Below, in pieces: positions 45,770 through 57,540 of a DNA stretch of 64,000 bases. The notes below the pieces were generated by a model, which did no database searches, was not told the DNA's origin, and saw only the letters and a program-made list of their open reading frames with translations. The DNA is taken from contig CAJINV010000022.1 of assembly GCA_905178155.1 (NCBI GenBank), forward strand, positions 527,458-591,457, read 5' to 3'. Made by a program: the position numbers and the translations under genes. Source of the DNA: Amoebophrya sp. A120. Its lineage: Eukaryota > Protista > Dinoflagellata. How positions within the stretch are numbered: the stretch's first letter is position 1; every line of letters starts with the position of its first letter.

Positions 45770-48001
45770 AGGCAGGGCGAGGCTTTGTATCTGATCCGCA
45801 GGAAGGTGCAGGCTCTGGATCGGGGTCTTCTTCCTCCGCCTCAGCATTTGATGTCGTTCCACGAGATCCACCCAGCGAGGCGTGGTAAACGACTGCTTCC
45901 GAGGGTCGCCAACTCGAACTGAAGGGAAAGGAAGCACGCGGGAACCTGGAGTTGCAAGCGTGGTTACAACCATGGAAAAAGAATTTCCTACGCTATAATT
46001 TCCCCCCCATGATCTGCAAAACTGATAAAAGACGTAACGGTCGACAATGCGACGCGTATTAGTCTCTCGGACGGCGGTCGCAGAACCTCACTGGGTCCGA
46101 CCCCAAGCTACTTGCACGAGGCCACGCTTTATCCTTGAAGACACTTTTTTCATTAGTATCTACACCCCCGATCTTTTACTATCGTCGAGGCGCTGGCGAC
46201 ATTGTTGAAGCTTCAACACTGTTTTCCCTCCAAACAGCTACAAAGCTCTCTAAAGATGACACTCGCGATGTACAACCTGTGGTAGCAGCTACTGTGCGCC
46301 GGCGCTCCTGCGGGCAGTCGCTGTGTTGCGTGTCTATAGTTTCCCGACGTGCAGCACGTGCTGGTGATGCATGATCTACATTAGCATTTTCTGTAAATCA
46401 ATATTACACCATAATAATTTTGATTGCTGAGCAGCCGCAGTATTGTTTTCATCTTAGGAAAAAGACTTAGACATCACCTCCTTTTGCAACACAAATATTA
46501 TAGCACTTTTTTGTCGTGCAAGAAGTTGCCGAAAGATCATTTCTCCCCGGGGCCGAAGTTGTCCTCGGTGCTCCGTGAATGTACGATTCTAGCGGGTGTA
46601 TGTTTTCCTCTTTTTCTTCAAGAAATGGTTTAAGTTGTATAATTTTGGAATAACAAAAATCAAACCTCAACCCACATTGATTTTTAAACGCCCCAGCATC
46701 GACAGTCGAGTGCGAGGCACTATCTGTAGCTCTGTTTGCCCAGCTGCAGCTCATATTTTGAAAACTTTTTGCAAATGGCGAAACACTTTTTTCTCGTTTT
46801 TCATAGCACTCGCTCGTAACAAATTTTTCGCCCCAAATCGCCAGAAGGATTGAATCAGCGCCAAGGGGTGGCGCAATAGTTTTCTTGTTGATCATCCCTG
46901 GTCAGGGACCATGACCATCGGATGTGAGACGGGCAAACTAAGCCAATACCAATCGCTCGACCGATATATTGATGAAGCGCAAAATCTATACCACTGCATA
47001 CACGCGCGGTCACTACAAGTACGGGAAGATGAATGCGACGACAAGATGAACCAAATGGAAAATGAGAAATCAATTGCACACGATAGAGGTTTGCGGACTT
47101 CTGGTTGTGTGCGACAGTTCAGCTACGATTCCGACAATTTTCTTGACTTGTTGCTATACTAAGATGCGTTCTACTGTTGTGAAGAGTTAATTTAGAAACT
47201 ACAAGATCTGGTGTGCTGTTGTGATTTCTCCCATCGCACAGAAATCCGGTGTGTGTGTGACGACCTGATATTTTTCGGTGGACGCGCTGAGAGCTTTACG
47301 GCTCGGACTCTGGTGGAGATATATTCAATATTGGATCAACATGAAGATTGTCCTCGTAGCATGAAGACGCAATGAAGGCACGCCATGAGTTCCTAATCGC
47401 GAAATCACAAAGCCAAAAGTTGTCGTCCAATTTTTCTATTAACGTATAGGCGTTGCCAAAGCGGTAGAGATGATGAAAACGCGAGACGATTCAGATAAGT
47501 GGGAGAAAATTTTTTCTGACATTGAGATTGACCAAGGTTAACTATACAAAATTTTCGTATGTGCGATCATCTGCGCATCCGTGCTCTACATCAAATTGGA
47601 TAAAGGATGCTGAAAAGCGAAGTTTTTGACAGCGAGACCGCGAGAGGCGCAAATAGATTGTCTACCGTCGTATGGAAGATGGCGATCTCTATTTCTAATC
47701 ATTGGTCGCGTGAAGATAGAAATATTCCGCATGGCAGCTCTGGATATCAGTGCAGCCACCGGCATTGTAGAGTGAATACACAGCAGGTACTTCTAGTAGG
47801 GAGCCAAAGTAATATAAAGTCTAATGTTTGTTCTGTAGGCCAATCCAAAGAGAACAAATAGCAAGATGTCGACGCCGACTAGGTTTCTCGGCGATGCAAG
47901 CAGCAGCCGCGTTGCCGGCATCGTCGATCTCTGTGCACCAGCACTGACACGAATTTGTAATGGCGGAGTAGTATGACAAAAGCCTCGAGAGCTTCATCGC
48001 C

Positions 48002-51000
48002 ATGGAGCAGCAAAATGAGGAAGCGTTGCTTCTTCCTTTTGGCGGGCGACCACCCGACGAAGGCTGTCGTGGTGATTCGGAAAAAGACTGCAGTAGCAAG
48101 CTGCCGCCACCGCACTCAGCCACACGTCAAAGAACAACGTCTTCGGAGGACGAGAGCCAACATCTCACTTCTCTTCTACAGGAACCAAATGGGAGGTGTT
48201 CTCGGGCCGCGGAAGAAGATGAAGACGAATTTCCGCGTCCCGCTGCACCAAAAGACGTCGACACAGGCAAACCTGGCGCGCGTCGAGCGGGACACCAGGC
48301 AGAGGAACAAATCGCGCCACCTTCCGCTGCGGGTCTACTTCAGCCGGCCAGCGCGGGCAATGGAACAAGAAGGGCTCCTCTTACGTCTAGTACCTCCCAG
48401 CAGCGCGACACAAAGACCACCTTCTCCAATATCGAAAAGAAAAACCGCGTTTTAGTGTAGGTGTCTTCAGCAGGTGACAGCACGACAAATTCGTTCTGCA
48501 TGACAGTGCAGTCCTGTCATGCACGGCTAGCACGTGCAAACACGACGTAAGAAAAGAACACACCGTGGCTAGTAACCAGCATGACAGAGACAAGTGTAAA
48601 CTGTTTTATATTTTCTGCATCGCAGACTTACACTTACAGACCTTTTTTGTTCCATATCCATCCACGATCTTTCCTTCACGGTGGGCGAACTGCTCGGCCG
48701 CGGCGGCTTCGTATGGATTGCAAAAGCCTATCGCCCTAGTAGAGGAAATTGCATTACAAATTCGTTCAGAAGAAAAATGAAATTTGTAATGCTGAACTTG
48801 GAGTAAGAAACTAGATCTGTCATGTATAAATGCAATTCACGCAACTACTCGGTGGGCTTTTACCGAATGCATACTTTGCCGAGGTTTACAAGGCGACAAG
48901 GGGGGAGAAGAATTTCGCGCTCAAAATCGTCTCCGCCCAGAACAAGCACAAGTTGCTGCAGTTCCAGCAAGAGGCGGTTCTGCTTGAAAACTTGACGAAA
49001 AAGGACAGACGGGGAAGAAAACATGTTGTCCACTGCTTCGGCTCCGAGTGTGACGTGGCGAGTTTGAAGATTCACATTTTGCTGGAATTCGCGGACTGTG
49101 ACTTCGAAGCCTACCATCGGAGTTTCGTGACGAAAGTCACATCGAATCCGCCCCCAACTGCGGCGGCCAACGGATTATTCGGTGCCAACGGTGCGGGAAG
49201 CAGAGACTCTTCCAGCTGTTCTAGAGGTTCAAGAAAAACGAAGTTCTTCATGCCTTTCAACATTATTCTCCATTGCGGGAAGCAGATGGCGGCTGCGGTT
49301 GCTTACATCCACAGCAAGAACATCGTGCATTTTGATTTGAAGCCGGCGAATTTTCTCATGTTTGAAAACAAGCAGAAAATCAAGCTGTCCGACTTCGGGC
49401 TAGCCAGGGAAGTGGAGGAAGATAAATCCCATATCAGCCGGTTTGGGCAGTGCGGCACGATATTATACATGGCTCCCGAGGCTTTTCATCAGGGAGAGCA
49501 ATACGAAGCAAGCATGAAAATGAAGCCGGAAACGGATATTTGGTCCCTTGGGATCATACTGTACGCGATGATCTACGAAAAACCGCCGCACGCGTATTTG
49601 TTCAACCAGCCGGGGGGCGGAAACCGGGTGATGTTCTGCATTGTGGATCCGTTGATGGAGATCCTATCCTGTGCAAAAGTATCGTACTCGTGCAAATGCA
49701 AGTCTTGCATTACAAATCTTGTTCTTAAAGGCAGATCAGCATTTCAAATTTTATTTCTCATGCTGAGGAAATTTGTGATGCATTTATACGATTGCGATAC
49801 CATGCTTTTGCAATCCATAAATCCAGTATCCGGACAAGTTCTGCGCCTTCACGCAGGACATTCTAGACGATACTCTCGCGGACTTCGAAGGACGAAGGCT
49901 CGAGCATTTGCTGTATTTGGTGCAAGTCTGTCTCGCGCGGGAAATCACAGAGAGGATCACTGCTTTTGATTTAGAAAAAGAGCTGGTCGGCCTGGAGATG
50001 GTGGGAGATGCGGTGTTAGCGTCTTCTTCTACTTCTTGCGGCACTTCTTCTTCCCTGCAGTCTGCCGCTTGCGACACTGGGGACCACCACCAGCTGTGGG
50101 AAGGCCACAATGTTGTCCTGTCTCGGGCCAGTGCCGACGCTATAAAAATGCAGTTAATGCAAGATGGACCAGGCGATCTCGATCTGACTCAAAATCGAAA
50201 TCGTGCATCCAATTCCACCGGCACCACAACCGCGGGTGATGGGTCATCTGCTCCTTCCGGAGGTTCCATCGACAACAGTAGGAGCACCGCCGCTTCTTTT
50301 TGTGCAAAATTAAACCTGGATAAAAACTTCAAGTTCCGCACAGCATTAGTACGTCCGATCCCGGGAAGCACGGCGACGGTGTTGCATCGGAAACACATTC
50401 CGCAGGTACAAGTAGCCGTCCAACAAGTGGCTGGCTCTGGATCATCTTCGGCAGGAATGAATGTTCATAGCGGGGTAATATCATCATCTGCCGTGGTGAC
50501 ACCTTCCACCAGCTTCAAAATTACATCGCTGGAAACCGCTCCAGCGCAGGAGCGGACGATTGCGCCGCCGGTGGTGGCGGTTGAAGAAAAGTTTTTGAAT
50601 GGGAGGCTCGAGGAATCTTCCGCACAAGAAGAAACCACTAGGCAGCCACCAGAGCTGGACCTGGTGGAGCTTCTGCCGCAGGATATTACAGTGTCCCCGC
50701 TCGTCGGTGGTGGTGCACGCTCCGATGTAGATCCGAATTTCGACCTCGACGAGGAAGGGCTCGTTGGCAGAAAAAACGAATTGGACAACATTCCGACCAC
50801 CGAAGTGGATGAGGCTTCTAAAGTTGATGTGCCAACACCAACAGCTGCAACATTTTGGACCAGCGTCGCTGGACAAGTGCTTATCTCGGCCCTTATCCTG
50901 TCTATCGGCATAGGCGCAGCTGTATCTATCGGCATATTTGGAACAAACACCGAAGTTGTACGAGATGCAGGAGGTGCTTCGGGCGCCGCGAATCAGCAAC

Positions 51001-54000
51001 TGAACTTTGGAGCGGGTTGGGGCAATGGTTTGTTTCCACGACCTGCCGGAAACGGTATGGTTTTCGTCAAAAACGCGAATGATTTCGATGGTAATGAAAC
51101 GACCAATACTGGTGGTAGTCCTGACGGAACATTAAACGGAACGTCTAGTGGTCCTACAGAATCTCTGCAGCCCATACTACCGAACCCTCACACTGCGTTT
51201 TTGCCCCCGAGTCCGAGTGCTCTGAGCCCAGGAGTGGTGGTGTTCGGAGATGGAGGCGTAGGTGGCGGCGGAGATGGCGGGTTTGACGGTGGCGCTGGCG
51301 GTAGCGACGGTGGTGGTGGCCCGGCAACACGACCAAATACCCCCGTTGCCCCTCGTCCCGGTGGGAGTAATTATCCCACTGGAAATTATACCGGAGGTGG
51401 AACATCACCAGGCAGCTCTCCACCTCTCGTGCGTGGCAACCTGCCCGTCCCCGCAGCTGCCCCTGCAATGGTTGCTACGAGTTTAATATTGCCAGTAGGA
51501 CCAAAAGCTGGCGCCGGCGGAATGATGCCACAGCCGAAACAACGTCCAGCTCGTCCCACACCTTCCGTTCCGCCTTCCGCTCCAGCAGTTGTGCCGCCAG
51601 AAGTTAGCAGTACACCAGGAGACGGTCCGCGAGGAGTATCACCGGCGGGCCAACCAGTCGTACCACCATTGCCCTATGACGGGTTGGTCACGGCGTCGTC
51701 GACGGGGAATACGACTAGCACCTCGCCGTCATCGCCAAGTACCACGACGCTACCGACGGCTGCACAACGCCCTCCGAGTACTAGTACGCCGATGCAGTCA
51801 ACAACCCAGAATGCTCCATTGCCAACAAGTACTCGAACTGCATCGCCACCAAGAGGCGCGCAGGTGCAACAGGATCCACCGCCGGCATTTTTACCACAAG
51901 AGCTTGCTGCAAATGGAATAGCGAGTGAGCCGCCAAGACGAAGAGACCCAGAGGGAGTAGAGCGATCTGCCGTTCCTCAACCGACACGGGACGAAACTCT
52001 GACAGAGCCGAGTCGCAATGGAAATGGCCCGCCAGCCGGAGGAAGCACTGGCCCTAGTACCAATGCAGCCCTGCAAGAAGCGGACCCCCTGTGGCAGGGC
52101 GGCAACGAGGTGCGACCGGGAGGAGCCCCGGTCGGGACATCAGGGCCACAAGCTGAAGAGCGCCACACAGAAGTACCTCGCCAACTACTGGCGGCTCAGA
52201 ATATCAGGAGCGGTACAACAGCACCGCCCCAGGTCGAAGCTCCGAGTTCAGCTCGAAGTCCGAGTGAGGGACGAGATTCCAATTCCCGTAGAACTACTGC
52301 GTTGGAGCAGCAGACGGTAGTAGAGCACGGCACTAATTCCCCACCGTCCACTATCCAAGAAAAAAACATTGTAGGTGTAACTTTTTTGGAGGAACAGCAT
52401 TACAAATTTGTCTGGCATGACAGCAAAAACCTGTCATGCGCAGATAGTACGTGAAAACGCCCTTTATTGGACCCTACGACGCATGCCAAGCATGACAGAC
52501 GCAATCATCTTGCAGGTTGCGCATCACAAATTTACACTAACAACGTTTTTTGCTTGGATATCCACCAGCCAAGAACCCCCAGGAACTACAGCAAGAGGTC
52601 CTCCGCGCAGGCAGCTCACTATCAAATGCAAAAATGTCTGGGTCTGGAAGATTGCGAGATTTGTCATGCATATTTCGGATCACCATCACGCAAATGGCGT
52701 CTGATGCAGGCAAAAGCATCACAGGTTTTGAGCGCGCCTCGTGATGCCTGTCCCGCATGAGAAACTTCCTACTTGCGTGCCAAGAAATGGACAGCTTTTG
52801 GCGCTCATGCAACACAAATTTTTGTGTGTTCCAGAGTTTGCATCACAAGTTCCAACCCTTCCAGACCCAGACACTTTTACATTTGATACTCACCTTGGCT
52901 CCGCAAAGTTTCGCCGTGCAGGTCGACCCGAATTCTGATAATTCGCAGGCGGGCACAGTCTATCCTGAGTAAAAACGTACCCACACCAGAGTTGTAATGC
53001 AGATTTGCAAAGACAGGAAGATTTGTAATGCGCATCCCCGCCATGAGAGCCATTTCCAATCGTGTTTTGGAATTTGTGATGCTGTGAACAGGATGAGCAG
53101 ATGAATCTGTGATGCGGCTGCACTTGCTAACCTGCACTACACTGCATAGCGCAACTTGTCATGCGTGACTCACAAAGCTCCTAGGTTTGTGTTGCAAAAT
53201 CCCCATCCTGACTCTGGTGTGGGTACGTTTTTGCTCAGGATACAGTCTCCACTGCGTTTATCGAGCCATCAGGCCCAACATCTCCAAGGTCGGCTTGTTC
53301 CTTCGCAGCCCCGCCGCGGCCGACTGTTGAAAGTGCTGGTAACCGGCGCCGTGTGCTGACAGTGAGTTTACGCCATGAGCAAATATAGTATCGTACTTGT
53401 GTGGTCTGTGTGAATTGTACTACTGATGCATGTTTTTTGCAGCTACAGAGAAATTCTTTTCCACTGCCCTGTGTTTCACCACCACGACCACCAGTGTCAG
53501 TCTTCCTTATTGCCACCAACATTTTCAGAACACAATTTACGCTAAAGGACGATATATGAGCTTGTGATGCATAGACGCGATGTAGCGAAAGCGACGTGAA
53601 TATCCAGCCGGCGGTGGTGCCAGCGGGTTGTGGTACTGGAGGAAGCTCGGGCTCCTCGGGCGTCCAACCCACAGTCGTGCAGACGCCTGAACCACCACTG
53701 GAAGTGGCAGGGCGACATGTTGGTACGAATACTTTAGCCGCGCGAAGACCACCGCCCATGGGTCAGCCTACAGCCGAAACCGCAACAAGTGTTCTGGGGG
53801 GTGGACAGAATCTTGTTCTCGAGGGGGTTCAACATCAACAGCCACCGATCGACTATGCTGTCGCGCCGGGTCGTTGTTCAGTTGTGACCACAGGCAGTGC
53901 TGAGCAAGCAGTGGATGCCGGGGAAAGATTCTTGCAACCGAGAATTATGAATGTTGTCCCGCCGGTGGGGACTCCGCCTGAAGCAGAAGCCAGTTGTAGC

Positions 54001-57000
54001 TCATCAAGTCTAGTGTCAACACCGGCTTGTTCACTACCACCAACCGACTCTGCTGCGTCCGCTCCAGGTACTATAGCTCCGCGCGGAGGAGTACTAGTAC
54101 TGGAACCTGCATCCGCATCGGGAGGACCCCCAGCCACTTGCGAGGAAGCTACAGTGGGTGGTGGTGGTCTTTTCCCGGCACAAGGAGGACCTGATGGTGG
54201 CCGCTTCCCTGCGCAAGGAGGACCCGACGGTGGCTGCTTCCCTGCGCAAGGAGGACCCGATGGTGGTGGTGTCTTCGCAGTACAGCAGTCTTCCGCGGCT
54301 GATAACAGCAGCACCGTCGGGGACGAGCAAAGTAGTACTACAGCTGGTGAAGCGAATGTTTTTGCGACAGTGCTGTCTACAACACGACAGGAAGATGAAG
54401 TAGAGGCGCCTGCAGTGCGCCACCAGGACGACCACGACACAGAGCCGCGTAGGCGACCCAGCTGTGATGGCCCAGGTCCGGGCGACCTCGTGACCTTCGC
54501 CAATTTGCAGACAATTTTTCTTATCACACGATGAAAAAGCGTTCCATGTTTTGCGCCTTGTCAGGCTGGAAAAGCATTGTCATGATATATGCACCATTGC
54601 CATTTTTGGTGCCTGACGGACGGAGTGGTTAAAACTTGCTCCACTGTGCGAAGAAAAGACTCATTTATACTTGACTCAGATTTGTATTGCTCTACTGATG
54701 AATTGATGGCCCCCGCTGCTGCGTCATCAAGACAGAAATAGAAATTTCGGCACAGCAACAAGCGAAACGCAAAGGAGAAGGTAGCGCCTAAGTACTTCTT
54801 TTGAAAAAAAACGCTTCTCGCGGAAGGTGGTGGACGAACCAAAACTCAGCGCTTTTTCAAGCGATACCGCAACGCGATCTAGTAAGGCGCGCTATAGCGA
54901 TTCCAGCCTTCCGCGCAGAAGTCGGTAATGCCATCGGGAATTGGCACCAGATGCGAACCGCGCTCGGAGAAGAAGTTGCGAAGGAGTTGAAACGCTCGTT
55001 TCTAGCAGAAGAAATGGACGACTTCATGGCGGAACTGCTGCGCGAGCAGCTGCACAAAATGCAAGTTCTGCAGCTGTCAGAAGGTAGTACCAGTTTAATC
55101 GGCTCTGGTGTAGTCGCTCAAGGGGCAGCTGGGACGCAAATTACCGTTCCCGCGGAAGTGTACTATGATTCTGCACGTGCACGTTACAGATTATTATACG
55201 ATATTACGGAAGAAAGCGGCCGTCGTCGCTGTCACACGACCACATCGCCGGAAGGTCAGAAGTATGAACTGCAAAAGTATCGTACTCGTATAAATGCATG
55301 ACAAATTCCCTCAGCATGAGAAATAAATTTTGTAATGCGGATTTACCTTGAGACAAAAATTTGTAATGCATGATTGCAATACGAGTACGATACTTTTTCA
55401 CAGGATAAGAAGATAGCCGAGTGGGTGGAAGAAAAGATCAAGCAGGCAAGAGAGAAAATAGCCGAGGCGAGAGCAGTATCAAATGCAAATCTGTCTGGGT
55501 CTGGAAGAACGAAGCAACTTGTCATGCTAAATCTGAATCATGTGGAAATCTGTGTTGCGTGATTGCCAAAAGCTGTCTACTTTTGACCTGATCGAGAGGC
55601 AGTTTCTCATGCAGGATAGGCATGAGAGAACTCTCACAGAATCTGTCATGCGATGTTCTACATACCAGACAGCATGGGTCATGGAAAATCTGCATGACAA
55701 GTCTACTGGCATTCTCCCAGACCCAGACACTTTTGCAGTTCATAAGCAGCAGGGGAAATTCAGAACCCTGCTGAAGTACTGGCTTTCCTGGCCGCCGGAG
55801 CGGGTCGTGCGACAAGTGCCGGCAGGACAAGCCTCGACAATCGGGCAGAGGAAGGAGGTGACGTAGAATTTCACCCTGAATCCGGAGCCCCCACCCCAGC
55901 AGCTTCTGATGTGCTGCTCTACGTGCCGCCGGTAGTTCTATCTGAGAGGCTCGCAGGGCTGCTAGAGCAATTTGCCCAAGCAGAGATCATGCGAGACGAT
56001 CGAGGCGTTCTACTGGGCGGAAGAAATTATGTGCTCCAATCAGCGGAAGAGTCCCTCCGCTTCGCGGAATACCTGTCTGGAACTGCACGGCCGCCAGAGG
56101 TGCAACGGGCCGGAGAAGTTGTTGACGCAAAGGCACGGAGGGACGGACAAGAACACCTGAATGAAGGTGGTATCAAACTAGAATTAAGGTGCCCGAGCCT
56201 GAGAATCTGATTAGGCATCAAAGCCGTGCTGCAAATCTATCTCTGCGGCAGTATGTATCAGCATCGTGATTGTTTTCGGCTTAGAATCTGAAACCACGTA
56301 GATTTGCGCACGATGAACGAGGTTGCAATCATTCCAAAAAACTACTGCATTCAATTTTCTCCAATGCATCAAAACTGTTCATTTTCTTGGGGAGTACGGC
56401 ACCTTTTTTCATTTCTATACCCTGGACCTCCTTCTACCGTTTCGCGCAAGTCAGCCTCCTACCCGGCCTCAGGCACCTCTTGAGCCTTCTCTTCTACTCT
56501 GGGACGAACAATGATCTCACGATGCTTGGGCATCAAAGAACATCAAGGGATGTAAAATTACGAGCAGAATTCGAAGCACAATGGGCACCACAACTATTGC
56601 GCATGATTTACACACTCGATAAGGGCGGTGGGAGGTTTCCGTGGACCAACATCGCACCGAAGAATAATCGTCATGCTCCTGCACGATCGAGCGGAATATT
56701 AACGGGGGCACGACAAGCAGGAGGTTATTCATCTAGCCAGAGAGGTGACCACACCTCGGGATCAGGATCTACTTCGTCGGGGTCATCTTGTTCGTCGTCC
56801 TCTGGCCGACCTGTACCCCGAGCTGCGGCGGATCATGGTTGTTCCGGAGGTGATCATGCAGAAGTGAGCCGCCCCGCCCCACACGCGGATGAACAAGACG
56901 CAAGCCACGCTTCAGGATCACGAAGCGAATTTTCACAAGGAAATCCAAACCACGAGCATCGCCCGAGGAACTACGAAGCGGTGTTTGTAGAGGAGGTTGA

Positions 57001-57004
57001 TTGA
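48002..57004 (+). CDS. Kinase paralog 3 (>2000 aa, ~11 introns): Mps1/TTK-like kinase, TM helix, long stalk, unknown domain shared with paralog 2
   Basis: Kinase motifs; TM VLISALILSIGIGAAVSIGIFG (~50877-50942); C-terminal GNWHQMRTALG...GQKIAEWVEEKI...VLQSAEESLRFAEYLSG. Junctions near 53365-53590, 54522-54800 and 56171-56390 and the 3' end are unresolved. Confidence 0.75.
48430..48656. mobile_element. Introner, E-like (paralog 3 only)
   Basis: TATCGAAAAGAAAAA...TTTTTTGTTCCATA; repeat TCCAA/TCCAT. Confidence 0.88.
48712..48873. mobile_element. Introner, family B (paralog 3 only)
   Basis: Repeat CTTCG/CTTTG; joins GGF|AEV. Confidence 0.9.
49665..49819. mobile_element. Introner, family B
   Basis: TIR; repeat GATCC/AATCC. 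Confidence 0.93.
52352..52560. mobile_element. Introner, family E
   Basis: TATCCAAGAAAAAAAC...GTTTTTTGCTTGGATA; repeat TCCAC/TCCAC. Confidence 0.92.
52620..52888. mobile_element. Introner, family A
   Basis: TIR; repeat CTCAC/CTCAC. Confidence 0.93.
52961..53242. mobile_element. Introner, family C
   Basis: TIR; repeat CAGTC/CAGTC. Confidence 0.93.
55263..55407. mobile_element. Introner, family B
   Basis: TIR; repeat AGAAG/AGAAG. Confidence 0.93.
55477..55744. mobile_element. Introner, family A
   Basis: TIR; repeat AGCAG/AGCAG. Confidence 0.93.
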
Positions 57005-57010
57005 AATTTG

Positions 57011-57379
57011 TGTTGATCGTGTGATCTTGACCTCCCGAACACACTCCTTCTTCTTCTTCTTACGGGAAACAAAACGCGTCCTTTCCTGATTGTGTTTGCT
57101 CAAAACCTTGAGCCAACGGCTCAAACGAAAATTGTTGTTGTACATGTTTCAGCATGAGAGATTCGCTCTCCACCCGGTTCCAGGGTCTATCTAATGTTCT
57201 CTCTCAAAGAAAGAAGAGTGCGAATAAACTTTTCCCCAAAAACGAATACGAAAGATATTGGAAAAACGATGGATGCGACTAGTCGTGAAAAAACAGATAC
57301 CGACTAGCGACGACCACGATAAGCGAAAAAACAAGCTCTTGACCGATGAGAGATAGGTGTGAACACATTGTGAACAACA
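57011..57379 (-). repeat. 3' LTR (369 bp)
   Basis: Appears identical to 62933-63301. Confidence 0.97.
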
Positions 57380-57388
57380 CCCCTCCTC
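57380..57388 (-). other. Polypurine tract
   Basis: GAGGAGGGG on the minus strand abutting the 3' LTR. Confidence 0.85.
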
Positions 57389-57540
57389 AAACTAGCCGAA
57401 GGACCTGCTTTTTGCAAATTTAAAGCTTGGAAAATGGCTGGTCGTGCTAGTTTGCTATTTAGTGGCGTTTTTCTTCTACTAACTCAACTATCTGTATGCT
57501 GACCTGTATGCATGCTATGACTTTTACTCGATTTTATGCG

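Noticed and set aside
3647-55744. Recurrent peptides CKNVWVWK, FQTQTFL, PDPDIF, CKSIVLV as a protein repeat family
   Set aside because: They are translations of introner TIRs, not coding sequence
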